Shown piece after piece: positions 48,918-53,410 of a stretch of 53,410 bases of DNA. Positions within the stretch are counted from its first letter, which is position 1, and the number at the start of each line of letters is the position of its first letter. Origin of the DNA: Octopus bimaculoides. Taxonomy: Eukaryota. The stretch is taken from NCBI RefSeq assembly GCF_001194135.2, contig NC_069004.1, forward strand, positions 31,012,461 to 31,065,870, read 5' to 3'. The position numbers and the translations under genes are program-made. The notes beneath the pieces are model-generated. The model was not told the DNA's origin, did no database searches, and saw only the letters and a program-made list of their open reading frames with translations.

Positions 48918-49394
48918 CCGGCCACCAAAACAAACAAAAAAATGTGTATTAAACGAATATGAAAGCAAAAATTTGCGCCAACGAACCCGGGGGTTGGGAG
49001 AAGACTATCTGAAAATTCACAAGATCCGATTTTTTCCCTCATAACTTTTAGGAAAATGGATATCTTTCAATGAAATTTTATATAAATGCCTTTCAAACGG
49101 CATAGATTACGATTATAAAGAAATTTGTGGGGAAAATTTTTTTCCGAGGAAGTGGGGAAGGTACTTTCGGAAAATTCACAGGATCCGATTTAACTTTTAG
49201 GAAAATGGATATCTTTCAATGAAATTCTTTATAAATGTTTTTCAAACGGCATAGATTACGATTATAAAGAAATTTGTGGGAAAAAAATTTTTGCAAGGGG
49301 GCGCAAATTTTTGTTTTCATATTCGTTTAATACACTTTTTTTTTTTTTACATGGAACACTTTTTTTGTTTGTTTCGTTTTGTTTTGGTGGTCGG
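48918..49394. mobile_element. Long-TIR MITE/foldback with an internal tandem duplication
   Basis: Arms 48918-48979 and 49300-49394 are inverted (the right arm carries an insertion); internal direct repeat starts at 49011 and 49170. Confidence 0.75.
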
Positions 49395-50116
49395 TTTTCA
49401 TATTTAAGTTATCTCCCTTGCATAGACATGCCCATACAGGTAGAAAAATCAAGCCCTGTCGTAAGGATGGTGCTTCAATAAAACGAAAATAGACTAAAAT
49501 CCGGGATCTCAGGAAATTGCTAATGATGGCCTATACCAGAAAAAAAAATGTTTCTGAAGTAGAGTTCCTGGAATAATTCAATGAGTCGGAAGTGGGAAAG
49601 TATCTAATGTTTCGAGTGCGAACCCTTAGACTTCGTCTGAGTAAGAGAGATAAAGAGACAGACAGACAGGGTGAGTAAAGGAGAGAGACAAAATGATCTC
49701 GTTTTGATAAGTATATCGTTAAGTGATTTTAAACCAAGGAGCGATGGGGGTAGGGAGGAGGTAAGACCGAAAACGAAATGGTGTGAGAGTTTCTCCATGT
49801 CCATATATAGATTTGTCTGTCTGTAAGACAGCATTACATAAAATGCCTTTTGGTATTTATTCTTACTCCCGCATTCCGAGTTCAAATCCTGCTGAGATCA
49901 GCTCTGCTTTTTAGCCTTCTGCGGGACATGGTTGTGTGGTTAAGAAGCGCACTTTGTGGCCGTGATTTGAGGTTCAGTACTATTGGACATCACATTGAGA
50001 TAGCATCTTCCATGTAGCCCTGGGCCAACCAAAGCTTTGTGAGTGTATTTGGTTGAAACAAAAGGTGTGTAAAGCAGTCGTGCATGTAATATATATATAT
50101 GTGTGTATATCTGATT

Positions 50117-50234
50117 GTGGAGGGAACGTGTGGAAGGGATAGACCCAGGAAGGCATGGGGACAAAGTAGTGAGAAAGGATCTTCAGATGTTGGGCTTCAC
50201 AGAGAGGATGAAAAGGAACTGAGATATCTGTCGG
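50117..50234 (+). mobile_element. RTE LINE C-terminal fragment
   Basis: VEGTCGRDRPRKAW / DKVVRKDLQMLGFTERM, with a frameshift. Confidence 0.7.
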
Positions 50235-51856
50235 GCTAAGTAAAATTTTGGTGGTCCTTGCATACAGGCATGTCCCTTACATCCCTCTCCAACTAATGCA
50301 ATCCTAATATTATGGCCTCATAGGTGCCGGTGCCAGGTAAAAATCATTTGTACCAGTGCCACATAGAATTACCTATGCAGATGCTGCATAAAAACACCCA
50401 AGAGTGGTTGTGTGGTAAGTAGCTTGCTAGCTTGCTTACCAACCACATGGTTCCGGGTTCAGTCCCACTGCATGGTACCTTGGGCAGGTGTCTTCTACTA
50501 TATCTATGGGCTGACCAAAACCCTGTGAGTGGATTTGGGAGAAGAAAACTGAAAGAAGCCCATTGTATATACACACACACACACACATATATGTATGTGT
50601 GTGTATATGTTTGTGTGTCAGTGTTTGTTCTCCCAACATCGCTGGACAACTACTGCCGGTGTGTTTATGCTCCCCGTAAATTGGTTTGGTAAAAGAGAGA
50701 CCGATAGAATAACTACTAGACTTACAAAGAATAAGTTCTGAGGTTTGATTTGCTCGACTAAAGGTGGTGCTCCAGCATGGCCGCAGTCAAATGACTAAAA
50801 AGAATAAAAGTATATTCCGTAAACAGGTTGTTGGCATTAGGAAGGGCATCCAGCCATAGAAACCAAGCCAAAACGGACATGGAGTCCAAGCAACTCTTCA
50901 GTTGGTCAGCTCTTGTCAAACCGTCCATTCCATGCCAGCATGGAAAATGAACATTAGATGATGATAATGATGACGATGATGTCTTTATACACACATGCAC
51001 ACATGTAAAGTAGATAGAGTCAAAACCCAAGCTGTGTCCTCTTGTGTGAATATTCCAAATCCGTATGGAGACGTTATATTTATGTGAAGTATGCATAAAA
51101 GATGAAAATCTCGAAAAATACTTTCCGATGAGTAATGCTCTTCGAAACAGGAGATTGAAAAATTTTATTTGGCATCATTTATTCCTCATTACACGCAGAG
51201 CTGGATTAACACTCAAACAAGTGCTCAGCACTTAAAGAGATTTGTAATTCAAAACATAAACAGTAAATCATAGAATATATTTTTATTTTTTCAAAACGAA
51301 GCAAAACTAACAATAAAAAGGAATATAATGCTTCTTTTTGTATACTTCCACTTCATTTTTATTTGAAACTAACTTAAAAGCCGCATTCTTTGCAGACTTT
51401 GAAGTTGGCTCCAGCAGATGATTTATTTTTGAGCCTGTCACCCAAAATTAAAGACAGCTAAATAGTATGACTAATATGTCAATAATCTTTTCTACTCTAG
51501 ACACAAGGCCTGAAATTTTGGGGGAGGAGCCAGTCGATTAGATTGGCCTCAGTAAGCAACTGGTACTTAATTTATCGACCCTGAAAGGATGAAAGGCAAA
51601 GTCGACCTCGGCAGAATTTGAACTCAGAACGTAAAGACAGATGAAATACCGTTAAGCATTTCACCCAGCATGTTAACATTTCTGCCAAATCACCGCTTTT
51701 AATATTCTTTTCTGCTCTAGGCACAAGGCCCAAAATTTTTTGGGAAGGGGGCATTTTTCAGTCTTTGCCTTTTTTTTTATTTACATGTATTCATGTATAT
51801 ATATTCTATATATCAAAGCCAAGGAGGTTTATCTGTTTATTTGCATCATTATCTCC

Positions 51857-51906
<50 letters not shown>

Positions 51907-52149
51907 CTATCTATCTATCTATTTATATATATATATGTATGTATACACACGCGTATATTTATGCACATACACACACACACATACACCAACATGGGTTAAA
52001 CATACATATTCCTAAACCAATATTTATATTTGAGAGAAATAGATTAACTTCTGGTTTCTGATAACTTGGTTTGTTTTGTGGAGCTGAATACACAGAATCA
52101 TTTGTTGCACTTTTTATGTATTTGTAAAGCATTGAAAATTGTGTTTTTG

Positions 52150-52200
<51 letters not shown>

Positions 52201-52474
52201 GCACTCACACATACATATATGCCCTCCCCTCTCAAAATTCCTGGTCTTGCAAGTTATTTGGTAACCCTCTCGGTGCTGATGTCATGTAATGCGCATCCAG
52301 TCCACACTGTGAAGTGGTTGGCATTTGGAAGGGCATCCAGCTGTAAGAACCCTGACAAAACTGACACAGAAGCCTGGTGTAGCCTCTTCTGCCTGGCCGG
52401 TTCTTATCAAACCATCCAACCCATACCAGTATGGCAGATGGATGTTATATATATACACACACATAGATATGCAC

Positions 52475-52519
<45 letters not shown>

Positions 52520-52711
52520 CAGAAGTCTGGTGCAGTCTTTTACCTGGCCGGCTTCTGTCAAACCGTCCAATCCATTCCAGCATGGAAGGTGAACGTTAAA
52601 CAATGATGATGATGATGGTGGTGGTGCTGATGATGATGATGATGATGATGACGATGATGATGATGATGATATACATATATATGTATATACATACATGGAG
52701 TGCTATGTATA

Positions 52712-53095
52712 GGTGCAGGAGTGGCTGTGTGGTAACTATCTTGCCTACCAACCACATGGTTCCAGGTTCAGTCCCACTTTGTGGCACCTTGGGCAAGTGT
52801 CTTCTACTATAGCCTCGGGCCAGCCGAAGCCTTGTAAGTGGTTTTGTAGACGGAAACTTAAAGAAACACGTTGTATATATATATATGTATGTGTGTGTGT
52901 GTGTGTCTGTTTGTCCCCACAACACTACCTGACAACCGATGCTGGTGTGTTTACGTCCCCGTAACTTAGAGGTTTGGCAAAAGAGCCTGATAGAATAAGT
53001 ACTAGGCTTACAAAGAACAAATCCTGGGGTCGATTTGCTCGACTAAAGGCGGTGCTCCAGCATGGCCACAGTCAAATGACTGAAACAAAAAAATA
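52712..53095 (+). mobile_element. SINE family A copy
   Basis: Same head, body and tail as 7589. Confidence 0.85.
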
Positions 53096-53410
53096 ATTAA
53101 AAATTGCATGCATATACACACATATGTACATATATATATATATATATATATAAAGTGTAGTATATTGCCACTTAAGTGTGGCTGACCCCTAGGGGTGGAT
53201 GTTACTGTTGCTTTTAGCCCCAGGAGGACATCTCCTCCAGCTGGCTTATCGACACACGACTGTGTCCTGTTTGCCAAGGGAGTTATCCCTCTCACCGCGA
53301 CCAGCAGCACGAACGTATCCGGATTTCAGGGTTATTTCCCTTCGTCGGCGTTCGACAGCTGATGACCTTGGTGAGAGAGACAAATCTGGCAAAACCTTAT
53401 ATCTTCTTTT

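Noticed and set aside
49605-49645. Penelope-like GTTTCG..CTTCGTC motif suggesting a minus-strand hammerhead ribozyme
   Set aside because: The core reads CAGACGA instead of CUGANGA, and stems I/III and a cleavage triplet cannot be formed.
47551-53410. Head-to-head KIN (KIN17) gene as in human
   Set aside because: No KIN17-like N-terminal exon was found on the plus strand upstream within the window; the region is repeats.

Overview
AT-rich, repeat-dense eukaryotic genomic DNA with many N-gaps. The SINE, (TA)n and (CA)n landscape looks like a coleoid cephalopod, probably Octopus (inference from repeat style, not verified). One complete protein-coding gene is supported, and the ORF track misses it: mitochondrial F1 ATP synthase subunit gamma (ATP5F1C-like) on the minus strand, 7 coding exons between 47450 and 38844, 873 nt, 290 aa, all GT-AG introns with consistent phases. 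The rest is mostly tRNA-derived SINEs, 3' LINE fragments (CR1, RTE), hAT- and piggyBac-type MITEs and microsatellites. Essentially all ORFs in the supplied track are spurious. Most unusual observations: (1) a 12-copy 29-bp minisatellite in intron 4 that places consensus U1-binding 5' splice sites on the pre-mRNA strand; (2) a donor-like GTAAGA in the last codon, at the position of the vertebrate intron that precedes the heart/liver cassette exon; (3) three long inverted repeats within about 4.4 kb downstream of the gene, one with a pre-miRNA-sized inner hairpin. I cannot show a new biological system from sequence alone; these are testable candidates. Interspersed-repeat boundaries are approximate and only representative copies are listed.
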